DNA of 64,000 nt from an uncultured virus (IMG/VR IMGVR_UViG_3300021087_000011) (Duplodnaviria; Heunggongvirae; Uroviricota; Caudoviricetes). Position numbers and translations under genes: made by a program. The DNA is taken from the IMG/VR virus record IMGVR_UViG_3300021087_000011, one strand, 5' to 3'. The notes beneath the pieces were generated by a model. It was not told where the DNA came from and did no database searches. It saw only the letters and a program-made list of their open reading frames with translations. This document shows positions 27,401 to 35,994 of this stretch, piece by piece (the first letter of the stretch is position 1; every line of letters begins with the position of its first letter).

Positions 27401-29784
27401 GTTCCTTCGCCTACTCCGAACATTCCCTTGGGCCTCGGATTCGGCCAGTCCTTCACGTCTTGCCGTGTTAAACCTATTCCTTCAAGTCGTTTGTCAAGTC
27501 CTGCTCGCTCTTCGTCGGCTTCCCACATAATGGACATGATTTCATCGGCGTAATCCCTGACCTTTTTTATGTGGTCTTTAAGGAAATCGGGATCAGGGAT
27601 GTCGTCTTCATCGAGAGAATCCAGTAGATCATTGTCAAGTTCGGGCATGTCGGGGACATCATCGATTCCGGGACCACGTCGTCGGGAGTACCAGCCATCC
27701 CTGTATACCGCTTGCCTTGTTCCCGGGCCATCGGAGGTGTAATCCCATGGCGCGCCACCATCTGGACGATCGTCGTAGTCGTCGTCGGGGTCCGGTGGTT
27801 CGAAGTCATCGACCTCAATCGGGTTGCCGTCTTCGTCGTAGTTCTCGTCGTCGTCGTCAGGGCCACCCTGACCAGACTCCCGCCACCGGTCGTAACGATT
27901 GTCTTCGCCTCTGGAGGATTGCAGGCCGCCTTCGGAGCCCTTCTTGGGTGGATCCCAGTCGCCGTAACCGACATCGTTATCTATGGACCTGTCAAGAGAG
28001 TCGACCCATGCGGCTGCCTCTTCGGGCGTATCAAACACGTCTAGGTCATAAAGCCATTCAGCCTCATTACCTGAAGTCCCCTCGATGTCACGGTAGTAAC
28101 CGGACACCATGAAGCCATCACCTTCACCCATGACATCTGCTTCAGAAACGATTTCAACGTTGACGTTGTCTGTTTCGATTTTGCCGACAGCATCTTGACC
28201 TGGCCCCATCTCTGATTCGTGCCAGTCCCTCCGGTCATCAGGATCACGAATATCCCAAGCCATGTTGAGGTCTGCTTGATCGAGTTCTCGTAGCCATTCG
28301 CGATTGGCGGCCCGCGCTGACTCGGCCTCCCATCGATTCTCGGCAACCCATTGCCCATCCACAAACGTAGAGCGTTGGCGCTGGGAGCGCAGGCCCATTG
28401 CTTGCGCGAATCCCGGTGTCCTGAGTAACGATTCCTCAGCGAGAGTCATATCCTGATTGGGGCGGAGTCGGCTAGGCCGTTTCGGCGTAACAGGCTGGTT
28501 CCAATACTCCCGCGTTCCTCCGGGGTTATCTGGTTCAGATGGAGCGCCAGGGTGGTCTGCGTAGGCATCCCAGTCGATGGAAACCGGTTGAGTGTCTCGC
28601 TGGGAGGCCAGACCGCGACCTCGCCGATCTCTCGCTACGTCATAAGGATCAGGAGGTCCAGGTCCACGACGCAACCCGCCCATCTCCATGAGTGCGTCGG
28701 GATCGTCGTTAAAGGCAGCCTCAGAGAGATCCCTAATGGCTTTCTGCCATGCCTCGGGAAGATCTCTGATCGGCTTGTTGAGTTGTGCATCCAGTTCATC
28801 TTCGTCAAGGGTGGATGTGAAATCTTGCAGTTTGCTCCAACCATTCTGTGGAAGTTCGTCAGTCAACTCGTCCAACGTCCAATCCTGCATTCCCTTACGG
28901 AAACGTTCCCACTGGCGTTCAAACTCTTTTTCGTACTCTGGGTCGTCGTCTGGCTCATAGTAAGTGTCGGAGCGGCGCGAACTCAGGCCATCTCGCATCC
29001 TTCTGGCTGAACGATCACGGTCAGAGGAAGTCCGGCGAGTGGTCCCGGGTAAATCTGGCTTGCCTGGCAAAGCGGGTCGCTCCCAAGCGGTGCCTTCCTG
29101 AACAAGCATGTCGAGGTCGGCATCTCTAGCGTTGGGGTCAAATCCCGCTGCGCTACGACCAGCCGCCCTTCCGATACGTCGGGCATGGCGAGCCCCACGC
29201 CCAATCTGTCGGCCCAGTGCCTTGGTTTGCATCTCTTCTTTAGAGATTGCATCATCGCGGCGATAAGGCTGAGTGAGAATCAGGATCTTAGATTTGAGTA
29301 GTTCTTTTGCCGTCCTTCGGGTGCGTGAATTGTCTGGGATGAGACGACTGCCAGACAGACGAGCCTTTAGGAGCAAACTGGAATGATGTGAATCGGCCAA
29401 AAAGGCATGAGCCTTGTAGTTGATGGCGAGTTGGCGCGACTTTTTAGAGATTCCCTTCAAGGGAACATGGGCCAGTCCAACCCCAGTGGAGTTGTTGTCC
29501 AACCATTCGGAATCGACAAGAGAGAGCATCGCTGGGGAGGGGATTGCTTCGGGAGACTTTTCCAATACCTCCTCCATGTCAAACCCCAGGCGACCGAAAT
29601 GTCCCAGTTCAACATCTGGCGGTAATCCTTCTTCAAGGGTTTTTACTTCGCCAGCGTTATACAGGTCAGCCCATTCGGTTCCAGCAGCATGGAGTCCATA
29701 GCAAATAGAACTCGAACCGTTCTTAACGACGACACCAAAGGGCTCATCGCGAACGGTATCAGTGGCTACTGCGTAGTACTTCAC
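21481..29784 (-). CDS. giant acidic polyvalent virion protein with many short motif-delimited modules and tandem HTH-like repeats
   Basis: 2767-aa ORF, DARDAD tag, 12 G[LFW]xSxR motifs, internal duplication. Confidence 0.85.
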   Translation of the reverse strand: MKYYAVATDTVRDEPFGVVVKNGSSSICYGLHAAGTEWADLYNAGEVKTLEEGLPPDVELGHFGRLGFDMEEVLEKSPEAIPSPAMLSLVDSEWLDNNSTGVGLAHVPLKGISKKSRQLAINYKAHAFLADSHHSSLLLKARLSGSRLIPDNSRTRRTAKELLKSKILILTQPYRRDDAISKEEMQTKALGRQIGRGARHARRIGRAAGRSAAGFDPNARDADLDMLVQEGTAWERPALPGKPDLPGTTRRTSSDRDRSARRMRDGLSSRRSDTYYEPDDDPEYEKEFERQWERFRKGMQDWTLDELTDELPQNGWSKLQDFTSTLDEDELDAQLNKPIRDLPEAWQKAIRDLSEAAFNDDPDALMEMGGLRRGPGPPDPYDVARDRRGRGLASQRDTQPVSIDWDAYADHPGAPSEPDNPGGTREYWNQPVTPKRPSRLRPNQDMTLAEESLLRTPGFAQAMGLRSQRQRSTFVDGQWVAENRWEAESARAANREWLRELDQADLNMAWDIRDPDDRRDWHESEMGPGQDAVGKIETDNVNVEIVSEADVMGEGDGFMVSGYYRDIEGTSGNEAEWLYDLDVFDTPEEAAAWVDSLDRSIDNDVGYGDWDPPKKGSEGGLQSSRGEDNRYDRWRESGQGGPDDDDENYDEDGNPIEVDDFEPPDPDDDYDDRPDGGAPWDYTSDGPGTRQAVYRDGWYSRRRGPGIDDVPDMPELDNDLLDSLDEDDIPDPDFLKDHIKKVRDYADEIMSIMWEADEERAGLDKRLEGIGLTRQDVKDWPNPRPKGMFGVGEGTPRRISDVIADDMISDSYGSDFKKQSWVENPDGLKGEMDDIIATETLDWDETDDRWGKLVDVPFGELVHENGYTHKEIRDLIGEVDEHNDDMGREEGTGTSYLDFSNAWDNASTHLENLSNPRTVAGALRDDDQTPSLSITADGGIRNLKWERKYGGHMRDGGGFQSTRLGREIVDDVNNRNTTAARHVDGDNPDDTLVTSSFETPIKNQGSATLQAGSNAKNEHFPGNGGELYDRLTANGWAFFGVNQAGHAGEVIAPDRVTANTKMRAIEKGLSTAPSSTKGIRTREEHNLPPTMPEKVLTDAIEIIHTNAYRKISKTKKGKQTLPEFMADKSRHIEPRELDIMDEKHWTGIKGAMASNSMPIHESTLAGGGDGLDGIVRKNSPGSKSASTQDQAHKNTETWLGNILGLGETVDRGDGRGPVEVTREMIWEDLATTGGWLGAIPPENMRADNGGTYTDSERGPGGHLNGTTRGLKRWSMHNYTDEGAKRWPHYANGRRGGGPLPMTMDFITEEDRAIRRHEETHAILLDMLPKEKLEWFEDAIKDLKTSATDPQVFWGKSTELEDRLDRLSRNDSGLRSQRDDLDNPNDPNDWREIQTELASWRERTRNSRRGSGDDDPPRMVRQMRSDGTSEDIIDPDWEPPDDGPASNYDQDPDDWNEIQNEIRDMTDQRIEESLNRMTDEMRQEEYTRGNELEEAGRRALEEIEWGRNEGFRSFVDRDPDNPTPTEEFSDPIVRNEKLNEAVFNDRMSPMTFDQVADKYDMDRLEVRRREVEHMDLLSGQERYNAQPNLNKRIYEDRVRDRMSLEEAAEKYDMDRSEVRMREVTHANSLSGQDKHDAQPNLNRRIAEARMRGMSLDEAAQRFNMDPEEVRSREVTHLRSPDEGGLQSSRGEDNRYDRWLESGSGGPDDDDENYDEDGNPIEVDDFEPPDPDDDYDDRPDGGAPWDYTSDGPGTRQAVYRDGWRSQRAPEAPEEEPKVDQAKVNSLNSRIDSVRDQQIKPLFERIAAAQEEGDSRAIHRLRKQVRPFQEEEAELREQLGEAMGKGRVAKFGWRSTRTTDDWDAEWTRAREEAENTLAELAEQIGTERGKDKPDKKKINKLAQQQLATIEQARDRGLRSTRQGAPWSNPDTRLARRRTDQRFWSEGGEITDTERRTVSPGRLTPQREPSRARMRTATTERAARPLGLASRRRRDDGDMTQTIPSLYSRDEGPRQAGTNDGEIWDSLTDNAGDMSPAHTQAITEAVDQLEEELMVGRSDKKSRADTFDGGIMGGNLNRDQSYKYLFSDVIAEAMAAGGHIAKGDSAPPMVEWNLATMGRDADEAVRVLENIIQVQMLDYMGGNVGKRITTKRRQLDSLQVLHQMKRSGNYEALEQLHPEARRRLLEIARSKDQTFPEKVKGVTASGRGGKNSTIWKALGGEDSEEDYKKAVKRRSRKFREKPSGSGAADQRPRRQRRAEAVERLGTSILAPGAVAAWRRRQEAAARRRAAQQGGSGASLRPTKVVNPWDTRLDREERKELKKAKKVAKKLGRLTSRERLDRIRDKRTTGIRDTDRPIGGAGASTAFAGTGDDLEQWEQAEGTLTVDAGFIDRLAFLAKVRRGEEKRDLKRNKGKSSGYAKAGKSGRSIRDEVLDASWFHSGHSAIPELVTADELQEIAFEPDPDNPGAFRLREGFKPIQRGMGRGKNGEEGEVYWEQWTHLVQRYVPGAGGEGHAAGENHAEPPVMVDGSEAPKGNLYGGYGKGALSFITPETRLVGWRKLTDIHDESTSITETLSGAGLIDTEAPSSIKNDPDNFAIAVRAALDAAEKAGTLTVPNRNKDRNPQDPNNPSHSTATGTGFSINSTTPGSRPMGASWRETEFGSIVDQVLDLHDSGDIDSQQMELAWSFLGGLSESVGDGEHFLFDTMPIYGYDAVQRHGGVISVSNRSALAVLDHPVSGGEATQIIEKLAKQGKLDQARLRELIPEYGDFR
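24502..24744 (-). repeat. 243-bp direct repeat, copy 1
   Basis: Near-identical to 27691-27933. Confidence 0.95.
27691..27933 (-). repeat. 243-bp direct repeat, copy 2
   Basis: Near-identical to 24502-24744; encodes EGGLQSSRG...QAVYRDGW. Confidence 0.95.
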
Positions 29785-31754
29785 TTTCCTCCTCCAACCA
29801 TGCTGGCGATACGTTTGAGGCTGGTCCTCAAAATGCCAAGTCTGGTATCAAAGATAGTTTCAATGATTGCAAGGTGCGCCTTTTCGGCGGGGGTTAGTTC
29901 ACCATTCCTGGTGAGACTCTGACGAAACATGCTCGTATCAAATGTTTCTGCACGCTGGATAAGTTTGGTCAATTGTTGTTTGATAAGTTTTTGTTGCTCT
30001 GCTTGGAGAGAGGCAAAATACTTACCGTAAATACCTTCCGGCTGCAAAGAACGCATCTCTTCAATTCTTTGCTGTGCAGCCTTTCTAATCTCAAGTTTAT
30101 CTAACGGAACCAAATCTGAGGGACTGTTTGCGGCGACAAGGCGAGTCTTGTCTTCGCTACTCACTGTTGACAGGGAGGTGGGTAGTCGCTTGTTGATTCC
30201 GGTTACAACATCCGCTATTAGCATGGCTGTCATCTCTCGCGGAGATGCGTTATTAACTGTCTTTCGTCTGTCTACGGCTCCGCCATCTAATGTTGAGGCT
30301 GCGTCCTGTAAGAGGTATCGACGTTTATCACCCTTGCCCACAAAGGCAACATCCGGAGCATTGAGGCCCAGGTGGTGTTGTACCTCAGATGCAAAGGCTG
30401 CGTGTAGGTGTTCGAAATTATGCTTTGAGTTTCTGATGGCGTACTGTCGCTTTTGGGGAGTGGTAACGAGTTTCTTTGTGACCTCCAGAGCATTCTTTTC
30501 TTTTAGAACTTCCTCGAGAATCGAAGGGGCGATGTCTGACAAATTCCCACCCTGTGAGATGTGGGCGAGTGCCGCATCAATACTGGTGATTTTGTCTGAT
30601 TCTGGCGCTTCTGTTTCGGGTGTCTCCGGTGTTTTGGGTGCGCGTTCCGTTACCCCTGCCGTTGTCGGTCGAGGCTTCTTGGGGGCGCCTCCTTCAATCA
30701 CTTGAATGCCGTCGCCTGTTTCTTCAGAGACATATTGAAGTCGAGACAGTTCATCATCTCCGGCGTCTCGCTTCATCGCCGCGTTTACTGTGCGGCCAAG
30801 TTTCCTTCGTTCACCAACGGTGAGTTCTCTCATCTTGGCTATGGACACGCTTGTGCCATCGTCTCGGATATATGTCAGATTGGTAACGCCGGTATTGGAT
30901 AGCAGGCCGAGTTCTTCTCCACCGATTCCTTCTGCCCCAATGGTCATCATGTAGGTGGCGCCCTCCATATCCCTGTTGTCGGGAATGGTTCTCAATACGG
31001 CTGGCGTGACAACCGGTTCCAAATCAAATCCGTCTCTGCGAATCATGCGGTGGGCTTGAATGTCTGGTTTACCCATAGTGGGGATCAATTGTTGAACTTT
31101 TTGTCGTTGAAGTTGCCTGTTAGCAGGGCCAACTCGGGGGATCGTCTGGTTGGGATCACGCGTTGAGCGTTGACTTTGAATATCACGCCCGCGACCCAAT
31201 TCTGTTGGTTTGCTTGCCTGTGCCCCCACTGCTCTGGGGGTACCACGACGAATGGCCGCGATAGTTTCGCCAAGAATGCTGGGGAAGTCGAACAATTGTT
31301 GGCCACAGGTTGAAAGTTGAGAGTCGGTAAAACGCCCCCCATACTGATAACCCTCCGGGCAACGGTAGGACCGTTCCCTCCCACGGATTCCACGGCCCGG
31401 CATGCTGCCGATGCCAGGGGTTAGTGCTGAATAAAGTCTCGACCTCACTGGGCTGCGGACTCGACTCAAGTTGCCGGGTGTGATCATGGATCCAACAGCC
31501 TGTACCGACTGTCCCAGTCGACTGCGAGCACCAACTAAACCAACACGCTTCACGTTGTACTGGCGGGTGTTTCCATTGCGCTTTGACAGGGCTTTGTAAT
31601 TAACAACCGATTCGGCATCTGCACGATAACCGCAAATAAAACCAGAGGGTCGTGGTTGTGAGAGGTCGGCAGTGATAACTCTTTTCACGGTGATAGTTAC
31701 ATCTTCACCAGGGCAACAAGATGCGTCCTTTGTATAGGTGTAACTAATTTCCAT
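29781..31754 (-). CDS. virion-associated protein with CPxG..FTD..STC tag and C-terminal HipA/PI3K-like kinase-fold domain (possibly inactive)
   Basis: YRCPEGYQYGGRFTD; ASEVQHHLGLNAP, IADVVTGINKR (D of the DR motif missing). Confidence 0.6.
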   Translation of the reverse strand: MEISYTYTKDASCCPGEDVTITVKRVITADLSQPRPSGFICGYRADAESVVNYKALSKRNGNTRQYNVKRVGLVGARSRLGQSVQAVGSMITPGNLSRVRSPVRSRLYSALTPGIGSMPGRGIRGRERSYRCPEGYQYGGRFTDSQLSTCGQQLFDFPSILGETIAAIRRGTPRAVGAQASKPTELGRGRDIQSQRSTRDPNQTIPRVGPANRQLQRQKVQQLIPTMGKPDIQAHRMIRRDGFDLEPVVTPAVLRTIPDNRDMEGATYMMTIGAEGIGGEELGLLSNTGVTNLTYIRDDGTSVSIAKMRELTVGERRKLGRTVNAAMKRDAGDDELSRLQYVSEETGDGIQVIEGGAPKKPRPTTAGVTERAPKTPETPETEAPESDKITSIDAALAHISQGGNLSDIAPSILEEVLKEKNALEVTKKLVTTPQKRQYAIRNSKHNFEHLHAAFASEVQHHLGLNAPDVAFVGKGDKRRYLLQDAASTLDGGAVDRRKTVNNASPREMTAMLIADVVTGINKRLPTSLSTVSSEDKTRLVAANSPSDLVPLDKLEIRKAAQQRIEEMRSLQPEGIYGKYFASLQAEQQKLIKQQLTKLIQRAETFDTSMFRQSLTRNGELTPAEKAHLAIIETIFDTRLGILRTSLKRIASMVGGGK

Positions 31755-32425
31755 TATTCACATCCGCAATCGCCAGGGGAGAAATCCACACTCACCAAAC
31801 TGCCAACTGCATCCTCTCCTTCTATTTCCCAACTCTCAAAGTCTCTGAGATAAGAAACGAAGTCGGGCTCCATGTCCACAAAGTCGCGAAGCACGCCCGA
31901 AGCATGCTTGAAATCAGCATCGGTTACTACTGGATTATAGTTCCTGCCACCCTGTGAATCTTTGACCTCTGTGAAATCTCCAAAGAAGAAATCTTCTTCG
32001 TAAACCATTTCATGCTCAAGGGCGTCTTTTTTTCCTTTTTTGATGCGCTTTTTGAATCGTTTACGCATCCTCTTCCCCCACTCGTCGTCCGACCATCCTA
32101 ACTTCCGAAGTTTGCCTTTACAATTCTTCATGCCTGGGTGATGGCATCCTTCGTTGGGCCACTTGCCCGTTGTTTCATGATGGAGCCACGCGCAGATTCG
32201 TTCCAGTGGATATAACTCTGGATGGTTGGCGAGAATGACACGACAACGTGTGAAACCGCCGGGTTTTTTCATGATTGGCCTCCAATAACGGAGGAGTCTT
32301 TCGAGATTTCCACGACGAGGACCACGACCACGGGTAATGGATGTCAGACGCTCCTGTGGGAGGTCCAGCAACACATCCTGTGGCCCCTTGACTTGGTAAT
32401 CGTTATCAGTTTCCATTACGCCCAC
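31754..32425 (-). CDS. phage head-module protein with Cys/His motif
   Basis: LLRYW..PGGFTRC..L..ICAWLH..TGKWP motif of the kind seen in actinophage head modules. Confidence 0.7.
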   Translation of the reverse strand: MGVMETDNDYQVKGPQDVLLDLPQERLTSITRGRGPRRGNLERLLRYWRPIMKKPGGFTRCRVILANHPELYPLERICAWLHHETTGKWPNEGCHHPGMKNCKGKLRKLGWSDDEWGKRMRKRFKKRIKKGKKDALEHEMVYEEDFFFGDFTEVKDSQGGRNYNPVVTDADFKHASGVLRDFVDMEPDFVSYLRDFESWEIEGEDAVGSLVSVDFSPGDCGCE

Positions 32426-32705
32426 TTAGCAATCTACGAACTGTTGGTTCAAGCCCAATCGAATGACGCATTCCCCATAGGGCAGCATCCTTGGAGTCCC
32501 TGAAATCATGACCCACTGTTGGCATCGACAAGCCGAATGTTGTTTCTTCAATAAGACTACGCCGTTCGCCGTGGTGGGGATCAGTACCTGTCTCCAATTC
32601 TCGCAGACGACCGACGAACTCATCGACACTTTCTTCTTCACTTTGTTCAATGAGGTCATCACCAAACAGTTCTGTCCGTCTGGCACGCCAGCGTTCGTCA
32701 GCCAT
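32406..32705 (-). CDS. hypothetical protein
   Basis: 99-aa ORF overlapping both neighbours. Confidence 0.6.
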   Translation of the reverse strand: MADERWRARRTELFGDDLIEQSEEESVDEFVGRLRELETGTDPHHGERRSLIEETTFGLSMPTVGHDFRDSKDAALWGMRHSIGLEPTVRRLLSGRNGN

Positions 32706-35700
32706 GTGGGTCCTGCTTCGTATTTCGTGCTAACCGCTCCATCTGTTGACTCTGTTGAAGCAACTCTTCCCTACGGAGGTATTCGTCTCGAGGCAAGTTG
32801 TAGAGGGTAGTTCGATCCGTATCCATTCTAACCTTTGCAGTGAATGGTTGATTGCTCCTAAGCCATGCAGTTAGTTTTTGCAATGCTTTGAGTTGGGTGG
32901 AATTGATTGTCGGACGAATAGTTAACCCTGAGGCAAGTGCTGCGCCGAGTTCTGCAAAGAATTCATGATGGCGGGCGTTCATCCCATTCACCAGCGGTGT
33001 CATACCTGAAGGCAGTGGGCCTCTCTGATCAACCCATCCCATGTATGGCGCCCAACGGACTGTACGTCCTCCAGACAAGGTTGATTCAATCCCGATATCT
33101 TCGACTAGATCCATTACCCCATCAATCTCTTTTTCATTGAGGTCGTCGAAGTGGAATGCCGCCCTTCCGACTGTGTCCATGTATGCGGTGATGTTTGTAC
33201 GCACGACATCTTTTTGCTCATCTGTTGTGCTGGGGTCCCGTAGAGCGTTCTTGGATTGTTTCAGAACTTTGTCCATCCAGTGTTCTGTGAGTTCTTGTAG
33301 CGCATCATCAACTTCATTTTCTGGCAAGTCTGGATCCATGAATGACATTACGTCACGACCTCTTCCCAATTTGGGCGGCCGGTCTGGCGGGACATCTGCT
33401 AAAGACCGTCCTGGGGTGTCTCCCTTGAGGAGGCTTTCGTCATACCATGAGCGGGGGATTCGACCCGTGGCTCGGGCTAAAGCATTAATGAGAACATGCG
33501 TCCCCTCTGGACTGAGTGCGGGGATGATCGCATCCCGTTTCATGGTGGGGTCTGATGATGCCACGCCATGCATCTGTATTTCGGGTGTTCCATTTTCGAG
33601 CATGATGCCTAGTGCGTCTGGTGTGTAGGTGAAATGGTTGAGAATGTTTCCAGCAGAGGGTGATCCGGGATTTGAAGATTGATGTTGAGCGACATCAATT
33701 AGCGAGCGTCCGGACATGGGTTGCACATAACTGCCCCCATATTTCCCACGCTTTCCCGATGCGTCGTGCGATATGGTGATGGCCCAGAGTGGAGTTCTTT
33801 GTGGCAACCCGGCTGCATCCGCTCCGGCAAATGGCGTACCCGTGTCGTCAAGGTAAGCGTGTTCCTCACCAAACACATTGTGTATGTGTTGATGGGTTAA
33901 CGGGTCACCCACTTTGACTGGTTCACCTGGAGACGCATCGCGGTCATGTATTGGGTCAAGATCTGTTTGGCTGAGGCTAAGGGTGTGTTCCAGACTCGAA
34001 CTGGTGAACACTGGGTGACTGTTGAGAAAGTCAGCGACTTCTTCCGTGATAAGGATCGGCTCGCCATCCGCTCCCATGATTGGCTGCTTCAGGTGTTCGA
34101 CGAGACCCTCCATGGATTCGCGACTGCGATCCTGCACGTCTTGCAACAGGTCGGGGTCATTGATGGCACCTGGGCTGTAGTTCGGATTGTTTCGAACCAT
34201 GCTGGTGGGGTCGGCCATCCCAAAGAGGGCCTCTACCTTTCTGGCGTTGAGGTGGGCTACATATTTGGGGAGCGTGTCTGATAGGCGTGTTGATATGACG
34301 GTTTCCAAAGCGCGCCGTTTTTGGCGGCTGGTCATGCGGGAAGCCAGTTGCTCCCTGATGAATTTTTCCAAACCCTCCATGGCGGTTCCACCTTCACCGA
34401 CATGTTCCCTGATGGCTTTAACGAGATCGGAGCGCATTGCCATGTAGTGGTCTGCGTGGGTGAATTCGTGGTGTGCAATATTGGCTGCAGCGTGTCGAAT
34501 TGCCTCTTCGTGCTGTTTTCTGACTTTTTTGCTTCGTCGGGTTTTCCTAGGGGTGCCCACTCGCCGGTTCAGTCGTTGGTCCCCAATTTTCTGAGTGGTG
34601 TGAGGAGTGTTCCAATTATCTGTCGGGTCAGACTCCCATCCTTCGCCGTCGACCATGTGTGGCTCATCCAGTTCGGCCATAAAACTCATATAGATCCGTG
34701 TCGCCATCATGTCCATGGAGGAGTCGCCGGCCCGCCTGGGGTCTGCTCGTGGACTATAGGAGGCATCCAGGGCATCATCCCAGTAGCGTTGCCCATCTTC
34801 CATGAGGTGGGCTTGGGGAGATTTTTTGGTCGGATGGTTGCGCCTGTGATCAACTTCAGCAAGAGGAGTGTCCCCCTTGTAAGCGATTTCGATTGTTGGC
34901 TTGTTATCTTCCGTGAGTATCAGTTCACCATTCGCATCAAGGTCGAACACTGCTCCACCCTCATACATCGCCCACCCATCTGCGTTCGCCGAGGCCATTA
35001 CAAGGTCTTGTTCGTCTCGGGTTCTAAAACTGTGGACTTGTAGGTTTGCGTCCTGAAGGTTTGGATTAAGGCGTAGGTGTTCTAAGAGTGCATAGCCCAC
35101 TTCTCTTTCTATCGGACCCATGTCACTCGGATGAAAAACTCCTCCATCAAATGACGATCCTCCTCCTGCGGCGAATCCAGGATGGGCTTTCTTGAGGGCC
35201 TCCAACATCTCTTCACGGGTACGGATCGGTTCACCATCGCTGTACGCCTTCTCGACCGCTCTGTGTTCTGCTGTCATTATTTGTCGTAAGGCTTTGGGAC
35301 TACTGTCAACATAACGGTCTGGGTCTCGATGAAAGTCCCTCCACCCCTTTCCGTCGCTGGTTTTCCATCCGCGTGTAGGACCCTCATCGCCGGCGCTCCT
35401 CTGACTCTGGAGTCCTTGTCCTCGGGCACGACGTTCCATGCGTCGGGGGGAATCAGGGATACCTGGAAGAGCAGGTCGCTCCCACGGGGTGCCCTCCTGA
35501 ATGATCATGTCTAAATCAGCATCGATGGCATCAGCATCGAAACTTCCCCCTCGGGCAAGACGCCGGGCGCCTCTGCCAATTCTTCGCCCCAACGCCTTCT
35601 CGTGGAGGCCCGCCGCTAAGAGGCTCTTAAATTCTGAGGCTCGATTGCTGCGTTTCTGACTAGCCTTTTTCCGTTTGTGATGTTCGGGAAAGTCTGTAAT

Positions 35701-35994
35701 AACAGGAACGCTTAGTAGGAGTTCTTTGCGCGGCTCAACGCTATGTTCCCGAAATACTTTGCGCCAACGGTCTTCAAGATTTCCGTCTTGCCCATACCAA
35801 AAGAAATCATGAAATTTGGTATTTGTGAGTTTCTTCCACCCCTTGTCTCCTGAAACTTTCCCCATGTATGAGAAGAGGTCTACGAAAATGGGTTCTTGGT
35901 TTGGCCGAATAATGGCACCATCGTGGTCGTTCTCTTTATCGACGAGGAAATAGATTCTGTCGTCGTAATAATCGGCCACATGAATAGCGCGCAT
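32698..35994 (-). CDS. large virion protein with zincin-like HExxH metallopeptidase motif
   Basis: DARDAD-type tag; HHEFTH and distal HEFFAE. Confidence 0.8.
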   Translation of the reverse strand: MRAIHVADYYDDRIYFLVDKENDHDGAIIRPNQEPIFVDLFSYMGKVSGDKGWKKLTNTKFHDFFWYGQDGNLEDRWRKVFREHSVEPRKELLLSVPVITDFPEHHKRKKASQKRSNRASEFKSLLAAGLHEKALGRRIGRGARRLARGGSFDADAIDADLDMIIQEGTPWERPALPGIPDSPRRMERRARGQGLQSQRSAGDEGPTRGWKTSDGKGWRDFHRDPDRYVDSSPKALRQIMTAEHRAVEKAYSDGEPIRTREEMLEALKKAHPGFAAGGGSSFDGGVFHPSDMGPIEREVGYALLEHLRLNPNLQDANLQVHSFRTRDEQDLVMASANADGWAMYEGGAVFDLDANGELILTEDNKPTIEIAYKGDTPLAEVDHRRNHPTKKSPQAHLMEDGQRYWDDALDASYSPRADPRRAGDSSMDMMATRIYMSFMAELDEPHMVDGEGWESDPTDNWNTPHTTQKIGDQRLNRRVGTPRKTRRSKKVRKQHEEAIRHAAANIAHHEFTHADHYMAMRSDLVKAIREHVGEGGTAMEGLEKFIREQLASRMTSRQKRRALETVISTRLSDTLPKYVAHLNARKVEALFGMADPTSMVRNNPNYSPGAINDPDLLQDVQDRSRESMEGLVEHLKQPIMGADGEPILITEEVADFLNSHPVFTSSSLEHTLSLSQTDLDPIHDRDASPGEPVKVGDPLTHQHIHNVFGEEHAYLDDTGTPFAGADAAGLPQRTPLWAITISHDASGKRGKYGGSYVQPMSGRSLIDVAQHQSSNPGSPSAGNILNHFTYTPDALGIMLENGTPEIQMHGVASSDPTMKRDAIIPALSPEGTHVLINALARATGRIPRSWYDESLLKGDTPGRSLADVPPDRPPKLGRGRDVMSFMDPDLPENEVDDALQELTEHWMDKVLKQSKNALRDPSTTDEQKDVVRTNITAYMDTVGRAAFHFDDLNEKEIDGVMDLVEDIGIESTLSGGRTVRWAPYMGWVDQRGPLPSGMTPLVNGMNARHHEFFAELGAALASGLTIRPTINSTQLKALQKLTAWLRSNQPFTAKVRMDTDRTTLYNLPRDEYLRREELLQQSQQMERLARNTKQDPHG

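Noticed and set aside
24502..27933. Repeat pair as DGR template/variable region
   Set aside because: No reverse transcriptase in the window, and the differences are not adenine-specific
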